Part shown: positions 9,514 to 18,354 of the stretch, in pieces
How positions within the stretch are numbered: the stretch's first letter is position 1
Layout: each line of letters opens with the position of its first letter
Source: Dehalococcoidia bacterium
Lineage (GTDB): Bacteria; Chloroflexota; Dehalococcoidia; GIF9; UBA5629
Assembly (NCBI GenBank): GCA_050011565.1
Contig: JBEKIW010000001.1
Coordinates: forward strand, 480,001 to 544,000
Length of the DNA: 64,000 nt
Direction of reading: 5' to 3'
The notes under the pieces: model-generated
The model's input: the letters and a program-made list of their open reading frames with translations, nothing else
What the model was told of the DNA's origin: nothing
The model's database searches: none
Made by a program: the position numbers and the translations under genes

Positions 9514-10182
9514 ATGAAGCAAAAGACACAATTAAGCGCATTGCTTGTATTTGTGCGTGCTCCACGCCCGGGAAAAGTCAAGACCCGTTTAGCGAGGTCG
9601 CTAGGTGATGAAAAAGCGGCTGAATTTTACAGGCTATGCACTGATGCAGCACTTGAGGAGATCGGGCAATTATCCCGAGAGGTCGAAAAATATATTTGCT
9701 TTGCTGAGCCGATTAATAAATACGAAATGAAGCGATTGGCCGATTTAGGATTCAAGGTTGCAGTTCAGGAAGGTGAAAGTCTGGGGCAGCGACTGTGCAA
9801 TGCTTTTAGTAGGGTACTGGAGAACGGAGCACGGAAGGTTTTTATAGTAGCCAGCGATGTACCTGACCTGTCCGCAAAGATTATGAAAGAGGCTGTTAGT
9901 GGTCTTGATAATAGCGATGTCGTTATCGGCCCCTGCTACGATGGCGGCTATTATCTAATTGGCATGAAGGAATTGCACGAGGAGCTTTTTCACGGTATTT
10001 CCTGGGGAACGGAACGAGCCTATCAACAGACGCTTGCTGCGGCAAAGGAAAACGGGTTGACAGTTAATCGACTTCCCATTCTTATTGATATCGATACTGA
10101 AGCCGACCTACGTCGGTGGTCGGAGGTTGACGGGCATAAAAAGCCGGCTATTATGGACTTTATTAAAGCCATCCGCCTATAA
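9514..10182 (+). CDS. TIGR04282/DUF2064 family transferase (rSAM/selenodomain- and arsenosugar-associated)
   Basis: PRPGKVKTRL, QEGESLGQRL, SDVPDL, GPCYDGGYYLIG and DIDT..DL motifs. Confidence 0.88.
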   Translation: MKQKTQLSALLVFVRAPRPGKVKTRLARSLGDEKAAEFYRLCTDAALEEIGQLSREVEKYICFAEPINKYEMKRLADLGFKVAVQEGESLGQRLCNAFSRVLENGARKVFIVASDVPDLSAKIMKEAVSGLDNSDVVIGPCYDGGYYLIGMKELHEELFHGISWGTERAYQQTLAAAKENGLTVNRLPILIDIDTEADLRRWSEVDGHKKPAIMDFIKAIRL

Positions 10183-10203
10183 TTAATCTTGGAGTTTTAA
10201 TAT

Positions 10204-11208
10204 ATGCCACCTGTGTTGACTAAAGACAAGCGTTACGATTTCTACGATGCACTGGCTAAGCATGATCTGAAGCTAGTCCCAATCTCTATTGAGACGTTAT
10301 GGGTCAATGTTACTCGTCTGTGTAACCAGGCTTGCCGTCACTGTCATGTTGATGCTTCGCCCGGAAGAACCGAACAAATGGAGCGGGAAACCGTTGATCG
10401 CTGTCTTGAAATATTGGAACAATACGAGCGAATCAAAAATCTGGACATTACCGGTGGGGCTCCCGAACTCAATCCGAACTATGACTATTTTGTCGTTGAA
10501 GCAAGAAAGCTTAATAAACGTGTGGTCAGTCGACATAATCTAACAGTCATCTTTGATGGCAATCCTGACAACGGCGAACACAAGGAATATCTACCTGAGT
10601 TCTTTGCCGACAATCAGGTTGAGATACTTGCATCACTGCCACATTATGAAGCTTATTATACAGACAGCGTGCGGGGTAGGGGTGTCTTCCAGAAAAGCAT
10701 TGAAGGAATACGTTTGCTTAACGCTGCAGGTTATGGCAAAAGGGAGACCGGCCTTATTTTGAACCTGGTCTACAATTCAGATGGACCCGTATCCCCGAAA
10801 CAGCGTACGGAACTGGATGCAAGATTCAAAGATGAATTGTTACGGTACGGACTCATCTTCAATAAGCTTTATGCAGTGACTAATATGCCGGTAAACCGTT
10901 ATCGGGCACAGCTTCAGCAGTCGAGAACATACGATGAGTACATGAATAGCCTGATAAAAAACTTCGACCCGGAAGCTGCTCGGGGCGTAGCCTGTCGTTC
11001 GCTTGTCAGCGTGGCTTATGATGGCCGGATTTATGACTGCGATTTCAACCAGATGCTGGATATGCAGATTACAAATTCTAGACCGCTAACCGTTTTCGAT
11101 TTTGACTTCGATGCCCTGATGGAGCGAAAGATTCGTTTTGCCTCTCATTGTTTCGGTTGCACTGCCGGTGGTGGCGGCAGCTGATTCGGGAAGACTCTGC
11201 CCGTGTAG
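10204..11208 (+). CDS. arsS: Arsenosugar-biosynthesis-type radical SAM (seleno)protein, Sec at UGA 11182-11184
   Basis: CNQACRHC, ITGGAPELNP and YDCDFNQML motifs. The C-terminus reads HCFGCTAGGGGS-UGA-FGKTLPV-TAG, with the UGA at the family's terminal Cys/Sec position and a hairpin following. Confidence 0.85.
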
Positions 11209-11213
11209 GCAGA
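11196..11213 (+). promoter_or_regulatory. Putative bacterial SECIS element
   Basis: TCTGCC-CGTGTA-GGCAGA hairpin starting 11 nt after the UGA, with G in the loop. Confidence 0.75.
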
Positions 11214-11285
11214 TAGAAACCGTTAAACATAACTCCCTTGGAAACGTCAGAATTATAAAAGATTAAGAGCGTACGAGGCCGAATC

Positions 11286-11570
11286 TTGGCTAGGGTCAAT
11301 ATCAATTTTATCGGACTGTGGCGGGTCTTACTGGATGTACGGTCAGTAACGGTGGAAATAGACAGCATTGATGAAGCCAGGGATTATGTTGAGGCTACTT
11401 ATATGCCAGTATTTCAGAAAAAACTTAAGTCCAGGGGTATCACCAAGAAACAATCGGTCTGGGATAACAGTAATATACTTCTGAATGGTAAAAATATCCG
11501 TCAGCTAGATAAGCCAGTCCTCAAAGACGGCGACAAGCTCGACCTAATATCAAAGGTTGCGGGCGGTTGA
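11286..11570 (+). CDS. MoaD/ThiS family sulfur carrier
   Basis: ILLNGKNI...LKDGD..VAGG C-terminus; adjacent to AOR. Confidence 0.85.
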   Translation: MARVNINFIGLWRVLLDVRSVTVEIDSIDEARDYVEATYMPVFQKKLKSRGITKKQSVWDNSNILLNGKNIRQLDKPVLKDGDKLDLISKVAGG

Positions 11571-11621
11571 AAAGGGTGATTGACTATAGTGGCTAGCTAG
11601 CAACAACCCAGTCGTTAAATA

Positions 11622-13469
11622 TTACTTGGCGCCGATTGAGGCCGCGATTTCTGACATCCCCAGGCTTTCCAAGCGTTTTTTTGAGGGCTTACCGGTAGCT
11701 TTGTCCCAGTCTCTGAGCGCATAGTACTCGGGCAGCATCTTCTCCATATTGGGCACATGGCCCTCTGTTCCGCCCTCGGGTATAGGCTTCATGATTAGCT
11801 CGGGCAGCACGTCATCTTTCGCAGAGATGCCGAGCTTGCAGGAAAGGGCTCGCTGCAACTGGAAGATACGTTCCCCCGCTCTCAACAACTGCTCCAGGTC
11901 CGTATTCCAGCCTGTAGAGGCATTGACCATAGCGGTTATCAAGGTAACTGGTATAATTGCCCACACGCAAATACCGATGGAATCGCTTACAGCTACCCAG
12001 TTCTGGCTTCTTTCTACCATCGCTGCTTTATCATCAGCCCAGCGGTCTGTTATATCAAAAGCCAGGTCAGGATGCCCTGTGCCGCCATCTATCAGGTAAC
12101 CGGGGCTTTTGTTGTTGTCGGCACCGCGTGGCGAGGTGGCGTAGATAAGCCCCATGCTATGGTATGCCCTTGGGTCATGCATCGGAATCTCGAGGCCCTT
12201 CGTCTGGACAGCCTCTCCAATAGGCCGGCCGTATTTTTGAGCCATGCGCTTCGTCCCGCCGGCCAGTATCGCACCGAAGCCCTGGTTCTTGCCGATAAGG
12301 TGCAAAAGCTTAACAGCGGCATCGACATTACCCCAGGTGAGTTTGAGGCCACCAGTTTCCTTCTCCGAAATTACACCTAAGTTATAGAGATAAAATGCAT
12401 AGCCGGCACTGGCGCCACTACTTATAGTGTCGAACCCATAAGCGTTACACATCTCGTTAAGGTAAACAGCGGTGGACATATCAAGGTCCAGCCCCATCAT
12501 CGCCCCCAGAGCAATCAATGTTTCATATTCTGGCCCTTCGACCCTATCATATAAATGCTTTCCTTCTTTGATTTGTAATATCTTGCGGCAACGTATCGGG
12601 CAGCTGTAACAAGCGGTGCTGTCGGTCTGAAATTTCTCAAACTGCTCGGCGCCGCTTATTTTGGTTGCTTGCGGCAGGGTAGGGGCAGTGTAGTAATTGG
12701 TTGGGCCATCGCCATAGGCAATCGCAGAATCGACCCATGAGGCTGTGCCGCCTTCATGCATCCACTGCGTAAAAAATCCCTCTTTCACTTCCTGCATAGC
12801 CTGGCGCGCCAACTCACGAAACTTTTTTGAATCGTGCATGGGTAGTTTCATTTTGCCGCGCACTGCGATAGCTTTGACCTTCTTTGAGCCCATAACACAT
12901 CCCAGCCCAGCCCGGCCCAAGCAGTGGCCATACTCTGACATGATATTGCCATAAAGTACCAGGTTCTCCGAGGCGGGGCCGATACATGCAATTTGTGTGC
13001 GATTATCTCCAAATGTCTTCTTAATTTCCTCCTGAGTCTTATAGGTATCCTTGCCCCAAAGGCCATTAGCATCTTTAAGTTCCGCAGTGCCGTCCTTAAC
13101 ATAAATATACACCGGTTTAGCCGACTTGCCTTTGAGTATAATGCCATCGTAGCCGGCGTTTTTAAGTTCAGCGCCGAACCAGGCGCTGGCATTGGCGTCA
13201 CCATAGTGCCCGGTATAAGGTGATTTAGTAGCTCCACCCCATCGGCTAACACTGGGACCGCTGGTACCATTGAGTAGACCCGGCATCAGGATAAGCGGGT
13301 TATCAGGTCCCAGCGGGTCGGTTTTCTCATCGACCATGTCATACAGGTAGCGAGCAGCAAGGCCGGTGCTGCCGATGAAATCGCGGGCATATTTCTCATT
13401 CAGAGGTTCATCGATAAGCGTACCTTGGCCAAGGTCAGCTACCAGGATTTTGCCATGATATCCGTTCAT
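11622..13469 (-). CDS. aor: Tungsten aldehyde:ferredoxin oxidoreductase
   Basis: KSPYTG, GR.GLG.VMGSKKVKAI, CYSCPIRC, GPEYET, G.DTIS and HDPR motifs. Confidence 0.93.
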   Translation of the reverse strand: MNGYHGKILVADLGQGTLIDEPLNEKYARDFIGSTGLAARYLYDMVDEKTDPLGPDNPLILMPGLLNGTSGPSVSRWGGATKSPYTGHYGDANASAWFGAELKNAGYDGIILKGKSAKPVYIYVKDGTAELKDANGLWGKDTYKTQEEIKKTFGDNRTQIACIGPASENLVLYGNIMSEYGHCLGRAGLGCVMGSKKVKAIAVRGKMKLPMHDSKKFRELARQAMQEVKEGFFTQWMHEGGTASWVDSAIAYGDGPTNYYTAPTLPQATKISGAEQFEKFQTDSTACYSCPIRCRKILQIKEGKHLYDRVEGPEYETLIALGAMMGLDLDMSTAVYLNEMCNAYGFDTISSGASAGYAFYLYNLGVISEKETGGLKLTWGNVDAAVKLLHLIGKNQGFGAILAGGTKRMAQKYGRPIGEAVQTKGLEIPMHDPRAYHSMGLIYATSPRGADNNKSPGYLIDGGTGHPDLAFDITDRWADDKAAMVERSQNWVAVSDSIGICVWAIIPVTLITAMVNASTGWNTDLEQLLRAGERIFQLQRALSCKLGISAKDDVLPELIMKPIPEGGTEGHVPNMEKMLPEYYALRDWDKATGKPSKKRLESLGMSEIAASIGAK

Positions 13470-13490
13470 GGTTGCCTCCTTTTGATACTA

Positions 13491-14666
13491 TTAAAAGTCA
13501 ATGCTGTTACCTTCGTAGGCGTAGCTGAAGATTTTGCCCAGGTCCTCCCCCTCGGGAATGCGGGCTACGGTCATGGTCATAGCCTCGTTCAAGGCTCTGT
13601 CTATCAGCCCGGGAATTGATTCATCGTACTTCGTCTTGTCGATGTCGCATTCCTTGACACACAATGGTTGACCGATTTCCTTGGCTAGTGCCCGGATTTT
13701 GGCGACCAGGGCTTTAGCACATTCCTTGTCAGAACTGGCGGATGAAATGCGGCAATAGCGGGCTATCTCCGCATACTTGGCCGTCGTTTCCTGGGAGCCG
13801 TTTATAAGGTATTCCATAGTATAGGGCAGGAAGAGACCCACGGTGCGTCCATGAGGCACATGGAAAATTGCACCCAGGGCGTGGCCGGTGCTATGGCCCA
13901 ATCCGGCCATAGAATTACCGAAGGACATTCCACCGAGTATGGCGGCGTTCTGCATTTCCTTACGTGCCTCAAGATTGCCCCCATTTTTATAAGCTTCAGG
14001 CAGATATTCGAAAGCTTTCCGCGTGGCAATCAATCCCGGCCCCTCTGTGATACTGGTACCCCAGCTTGAAACGTATCCCTCAATGGCGTGAGTGAGTACA
14101 TCCATGCCAGTATCGGCTGTGATTTGCGGTGGCATGCCAACAATCATAGCAGGGTCAAGGATGGCGACATCTGGCATACATTCTATATTCATCATGCTGA
14201 TTTTACGCTGCTCTTTCGTGTCGGTGAGTATTATCATTGATGTAGCTTCAGACCCCGTGCCGCTGGTGGTGGGAATGGCCATGAGCCTGGCCTTGGCTCT
14301 GAAATTGTAAGTATCGGAGGCAATCATACAATCCGGCTCCAGGTCCGGTCGTACCAGCAGGATAATAATAGCTTTGGCAGCGTCCATGCATGAACCACCG
14401 CCTATTCCGATGACCCAGTCTGGCTGGTACTTTCCTACAGCTACACCTCCCTTTTTAATCGTATTAAGTGAAGGCTCTGGTTCTATTTCATTAAAAATTT
14501 GCCATTTGATATTTACTGCATCCAATTGGTCGGTAACCAGCTTTGTTAACCCGAGTTTTACGATGTTTTTGTCTGTGACAATGAAAGCTTTTTTACCCTG
14601 AATCTGTGCTATGTACTCAAGAGAATTATCACCATAGGCGATAAATGGGCATGAAAAAGTCCACAT
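13491..14666 (-). CDS. Iron-containing alcohol dehydrogenase
   Basis: GGGSCMDAAK, PTTSGTGSE, DVLTHAIE and H..GH..G...HVPHG motifs. Confidence 0.92.
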   Translation of the reverse strand: MWTFSCPFIAYGDNSLEYIAQIQGKKAFIVTDKNIVKLGLTKLVTDQLDAVNIKWQIFNEIEPEPSLNTIKKGGVAVGKYQPDWVIGIGGGSCMDAAKAIIILLVRPDLEPDCMIASDTYNFRAKARLMAIPTTSGTGSEATSMIILTDTKEQRKISMMNIECMPDVAILDPAMIVGMPPQITADTGMDVLTHAIEGYVSSWGTSITEGPGLIATRKAFEYLPEAYKNGGNLEARKEMQNAAILGGMSFGNSMAGLGHSTGHALGAIFHVPHGRTVGLFLPYTMEYLINGSQETTAKYAEIARYCRISSASSDKECAKALVAKIRALAKEIGQPLCVKECDIDKTKYDESIPGLIDRALNEAMTMTVARIPEGEDLGKIFSYAYEGNSIDF

Positions 14667-14706
14667 GATAGCCTCCTCTATTTTCGCGCATCCAAACTGG
14701 TCTAGA

Positions 14707-15114
14707 TTAGTCCAGCCACTCAGTTGGCACGCGTGTGGTGCTGGTGGTCAACTCGTTAGCCGCCTTGACGTAGCGCATGATTTTGGCCATATTTCCTGAG
14801 AGTTTGGCTTGTCTGGTAATCATAGCCTTTATAGGGTCGAGCTCTTTTGTAGCTATTCTCTTCCAGACAGGATATGAGGCTGACATCGTGAATTCAGGTT
14901 TGTATTTGCTGGGATCGGTAACAATTTCTATTTTTCGGCATTTGCCGTGATAAAGGTCTATGTACTGATAACCCAGCTCTTTGACCGGGCCGCCTGCCTC
15001 CATAATAAAGTAAAAATCACCCTCCCAGGTTTTGGCTGCCTCCTCGTATGTCTTGTTGTTATTTATCGCCTCCTTGTATAAATCGCCCCATTCTTGAGTG
15101 AAGAACTTCGCCAT
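14707..15114 (-). CDS. SCP2 sterol/lipid-binding domain protein
   Basis: F...W......IN....Y......W pattern and LDPIKAM....KLSGNMAKIMR. Confidence 0.8.
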   Translation of the reverse strand: MAKFFTQEWGDLYKEAINNNKTYEEAAKTWEGDFYFIMEAGGPVKELGYQYIDLYHGKCRKIEIVTDPSKYKPEFTMSASYPVWKRIATKELDPIKAMITRQAKLSGNMAKIMRYVKAANELTTSTTRVPTEWLD

Positions 15115-15283
15115 TGCAAAACCTCCCTTCGCAAACTAATCGATGAAAACAAATCTAGCATTAGTTAATAGCCTTGTCAAGAGGTTGTCAGTGCAACTAA
15201 GACCGGATTACCAACAAAGGTTTGCCTATTCCATCTGAGTCCATAAAATTTGAATTTTCTAGCTATTCGTGACGTTGGTACTA

Positions 15284-15312
15284 TTGACATTTTACTCGTT
15301 ATGGTTTATTGT
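15284..15312 (+). promoter_or_regulatory. Sigma70-type promoter of DUF5679 copy 1
   Basis: TTGACA-17 nt-TATTGT followed by SD AAGGAGG. Confidence 0.6.
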
Positions 15313-15333
15313 GTATTGCTAAGGAGGGAAGAA

Positions 15334-15474
15334 ATGCAAGCATACTGCATGAAGTGCCGCACTAAGAGGGAAATGAAGGATCCAAAGAGCATAAAGATGA
15401 AGAATGGCAAGCCGGCAACCAACGGTACATGCCCTGTGTGCGGGACTAAAATGTTCAGAATAGGTAAAAGCTAA
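15334..15474 (+). CDS. DUF5679-type small basic zinc-finger protein (46 aa), copy 1
   Basis: MQAYCMKCRTKREMK...GTCPVCGTKMFRIG with a strong SD; start shortened relative to the ORF track. Confidence 0.85.
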   Translation: MQAYCMKCRTKREMKDPKSIKMKNGKPATNGTCPVCGTKMFRIGKS

Positions 15475-15500
15475 AGTTATTCGGTAGTTAAGACTTCTAA

Positions 15501-15540
15501 AAGGGCTGGGATTCTATCGGATATAGATACCCAGCTCTTT
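15501..15540 (+). terminator. Intrinsic terminator-like hairpin
   Basis: AAGGGCTGGG...CCCAGCTCTT stem after the DUF5679 stop. Confidence 0.6.
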
Positions 15541-15600
15541 AATTTCATATCTGGCTGCTGATAGCTTGATGCATTGAGTATTTAAAGCGTTGTTCTGATT

Positions 15601-16416
15601 ATGGGACGACCTTTATGGTTTGTCGGACTTATCAAGAAAGCTTTCCCCGCCCGGTTTCTAGCCGCCAAACTGACCAGATTGCCATTGATTGGCACGGCGA
15701 TTGACCGCTGTTTTTTTGCCGGTGACGACATAATTTACCTGCCCAAAGACCGGGTAATTCCCCTGAATATATCCGTTGATAGGCCTGATCAGGTGGTATT
15801 GCCATCTCAGGTGGTAGGGCATTTTATTGAGAAGGCAAATTATCACTGGATTATGAATACCTGCATCTGCCGTGATGCCTCTAAGTGCCAAGACTACCCG
15901 ATTGACCTCGGCTGTCTCTTACTGGGAGATGCGGTATTAGGTATTAATCCGGAACTCGGCCGCCGTGTGACTAAAGAGGAGGCACATGACCATGTACGGC
16001 GCTGCCGGGAAGCCGGCTTGGTTCATCTCATCGGCCGCAATAAGCTTGACACAGTGTGGCTCGGTATTGGGCCAGGTAACAGATTGCTCACTATATGCAG
16101 CTGCTGCCCCTGCTGTTGTCTGTGGCGGATACTACCTCATATCGCTCCTCAAATTAGCGCCAAAACAACGAGAATGCCTGGGGTTAAGGTGACTGTTAAC
16201 GGGCAATGCACCGGCTGCGGGACCTGTGCTCAAGGCGTATGTTTTATTGATGCTATCCATCTGGTCGACAATCATGCTGTCAGAAGTGATGACTGTCGTG
16301 GTTGTGGTCGCTGTGTTGATATCTGCCCCCAGGGAGCAATTCAAATTTCGATTGACGAGGAACAATTCGTAGAAAAGACAATCGAACGCCTGGCTCCTTT
16401 GGTTGATGTTTCGTGA
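15601..16416 (+). CDS. Cys-rich 4Fe-4S binding protein
   Basis: CICR..C, ICSCCPCCC and two C-terminal CxxCxxC ferredoxin motifs. Confidence 0.85.
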   Translation: MGRPLWFVGLIKKAFPARFLAAKLTRLPLIGTAIDRCFFAGDDIIYLPKDRVIPLNISVDRPDQVVLPSQVVGHFIEKANYHWIMNTCICRDASKCQDYPIDLGCLLLGDAVLGINPELGRRVTKEEAHDHVRRCREAGLVHLIGRNKLDTVWLGIGPGNRLLTICSCCPCCCLWRILPHIAPQISAKTTRMPGVKVTVNGQCTGCGTCAQGVCFIDAIHLVDNHAVRSDDCRGCGRCVDICPQGAIQISIDEEQFVEKTIERLAPLVDVS

Positions 16417-16453
16417 TTAAGGATATTGTGCCAAAATTCTTATGGCAGTTGGT

Positions 16454-16472
16454 CTGCGGCGAACCGCCGCAG
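16454..16472 (-). promoter_or_regulatory. Putative SECIS for the C-terminal Uxx* selenocysteine
   Basis: CTGCGGCG-GTT-CGCCGCAG hairpin (minus strand) 10 nt after UGA 16485-16483. Confidence 0.7.
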
Positions 16473-16473
16473 T

Positions 16474-17184
16474 CTAGATAGTTCAGCCGCCGCCGAAACC
16501 CACCTTGACCTCGTCTCCAATTACCAGAATAGGAACTATGCCTTTACCGTTCGAAAGACGCATTACCTCCCGGACAACCTTCGGGTTGTCCTGAGTGCTT
16601 AACTCGTTATAAGGAACACCACGCTCTTCAAGGTCCTGCTTAGCTGCAGCACAAAAGGGACAACCTGGCTTTGTGTATATAGTTACCTGTCTTGGCACAT
16701 GAACAGTATTAATCTTGGTATCAAGTTCGTAGAGCTTCTCGATGACGAACTGGACATAATGGTCGCATTTTTCCTTCGAGATACCCGATTCCTGGAACCG
16801 TTGGTATCCCCCGGGTTCAGAAAAATCGATCCCAACCAAATTGAGGCAAATAATAGAGCCGAATTTCTCGTTGAATTCCCTGATAAGTTCACTCGCGTTT
16901 TGACGTGCATCTAATCGTGCTTGCTTGGTCTTCTGTTTATCTGTTGCGTAATTACCATGGCGCAAACCGAGGCAAATTGCTGCAGCAGATATGGCGCCGC
17001 ATGGTGCTTGCTGTTGCCCACCTATGCCACCTGTGAATGCGGTGCCCGACCAAAGAAGGTCTTCGTTGCCCAGTCCGTAAGTTTCCCACATAACTTGCAG
17101 GACGCTCGGACCTCAGTGGTAACCCCGATGCATCAGTTCGATGGCACGCTCCTTAGCCTCCTTAAGCGACATCTTTAATGTCAT
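16474..17184 (-). CDS. C_GCAxxG_C_C domain + Uxx-star glutaredoxin-like fusion selenoprotein (236 aa, Sec24 and Sec234)
   Basis: SD + ATG 17184 gives MTLKMSLKEAKERAIELMHRGYH-UGA-GPSVLQV, in frame with ORF 16483..17091 (PCGAISA, ICLNL, KC; CPFC glutaredoxin). The protein ends GFGGG-UGA-T-I-TAG. Confidence 0.85.
17073..17111 (-). promoter_or_regulatory. Putative SECIS for the N-terminal selenocysteine
   Basis: Upper stem CCTGCA-AGTTA-TGTGGG starts 11 nt after UGA 17115-17113; lower stem GTCCG/CGGAC. Confidence 0.7.
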
Positions 17185-17400
17185 GATTGCCTCTCTTCTA
17201 TTGCTGTTGAGTATGCGACGGTTTGTAAGTATGTTAATTCTACTACTTAATAAGTGTCAAGGTCTGAAAGAGTTGCGGGTATTCTGTGCAGACGTACGCG
17301 GGTTTTCGTATGGTACTAGTGAGCGAAAGCGCGTAGAATGTAATTAATGATAGCACAGACTTTAGGCTACTAAAATATAGTCATATAAAGGAGGAAAAGG

Positions 17401-17703
17401 ATGGAAGTCAGAGTTGCATCTACAAAAGACGTGTCCACCGGGAAAATGATAGGTATTGAAAATAGTGGCCAAAAAATAGTTGTCGCCAACGTAAACGGAG
17501 CATATTATGCGGTGGGAAATATTTGTACACATAGAGGTTGCAAGCTTTCGGATGGGACTCTAAATGGAGAAAAAGTTCAGTGTCCCTGTCATGGTTCAAT
17601 TTTTGATATAAGAACCGGAGCAGTTATAAAAGGACCGGCAACGAATCCTGAGAAATCTTTCAAGGTAAGAGTTGATGGAGACGCGATATTAGTTACCATA
17701 TAA
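17401..17703 (+). CDS. Rieske-type [2Fe-2S] ferredoxin
   Basis: CTH...CPCHGS.FD motifs; SD AGGAGG. Confidence 0.9.
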   Translation: MEVRVASTKDVSTGKMIGIENSGQKIVVANVNGAYYAVGNICTHRGCKLSDGTLNGEKVQCPCHGSIFDIRTGAVIKGPATNPEKSFKVRVDGDAILVTI

Positions 17704-17819
17704 GACAAAAAGCGAGTTTAAGATTAGACTGTGCCAGAAACATTGCATTTTACTTATAAAACATTTTCGTTAAGAGGGTGAACTGAAGTAGGGAGTCTGC
17801 GGGTCGCGCCTTAAAACGA

Positions 17820-17850
17820 ATGGTGGGCCTAAGTGTACAATAGACAGAAC
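17820..17850. repeat. Distal attachment site of the tRNA-Ile island
   Basis: Core ATGGTGGGCC is identical to 56933-56942. Arm TGTACAATAGACAGAAC (17834-17850) is the inverted repeat (15/17) of GTTCTGCCTACTGTACA (56914-56930). Confidence 0.88.
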
Positions 17851-17981
17851 TTTTCGTCTTCACTTCAGCCTATCTCGATAGCAGCCGATTACACAAAACA
17901 GGCTAATGTTCAAAGCACAACGATTGACACTTAGCCTGAATGTGGTATATCCTACGCTCAAATACAAAAGGGAGGTGTTTA

Positions 17982-18122
17982 ATGCAAGCATACTGTATGA
18001 AATGTAAAACAAAGAGGGAAATGAGTAATCCGAAAGCCATTAAGATGAAGAATAGCAGGCCGGCAACACAAGGTACTTGCCCAAAATGCGGAACTAAGAT
18101 GTTTAGGATTGGCAAGGGTTAA
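17982..18122 (+). CDS. DUF5679-type small basic zinc-finger protein (46 aa), copy 2
   Basis: MQAYCMKCKTKREMS...GTCPKCGTKMFRIG; SD GGAGGTG; TTGACA at 17924. Confidence 0.85.
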   Translation: MQAYCMKCKTKREMSNPKAIKMKNSRPATQGTCPKCGTKMFRIGKG

Positions 18123-18147
18123 ATCAATTTATTCTGAGATTCGACAG

Positions 18148-18182
18148 AGCTGGGTATTTGGGTACAAATGCCCAGCTTTTTT
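18148..18182 (+). terminator. Intrinsic terminator
   Basis: AGCTGGGTATTTG-GGTA-CAAATGCCCAGCT followed by a T tract. Confidence 0.8.
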
Positions 18183-18354
18183 ATTAAAACTGTACAATAT
18201 GGACAATTGTGTTATCGAGTGGGCCTTCGAAAATAAATTCTCTCAATTGAGTACATTACACTTTCTAAACTAAACTGTATATTTACGGCAACTAACCCCA
18301 AAACAAATTCAGAATAGCAAAGAACAGCTGCAGAACATGTTGCCTCTTAAACCT

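Noticed and set aside
11568-11570. MoaD terminal TGA as selenocysteine
   Set aside because: The C-terminal Gly-Gly is the functional end of MoaD and no SECIS-like hairpin follows.
16454-16472. Hairpin as a simple terminator between convergent genes
   Set aside because: There is no U tract on either side, and the spacing from the Uxx* UGA fits SECIS better; a dual role is not excluded.
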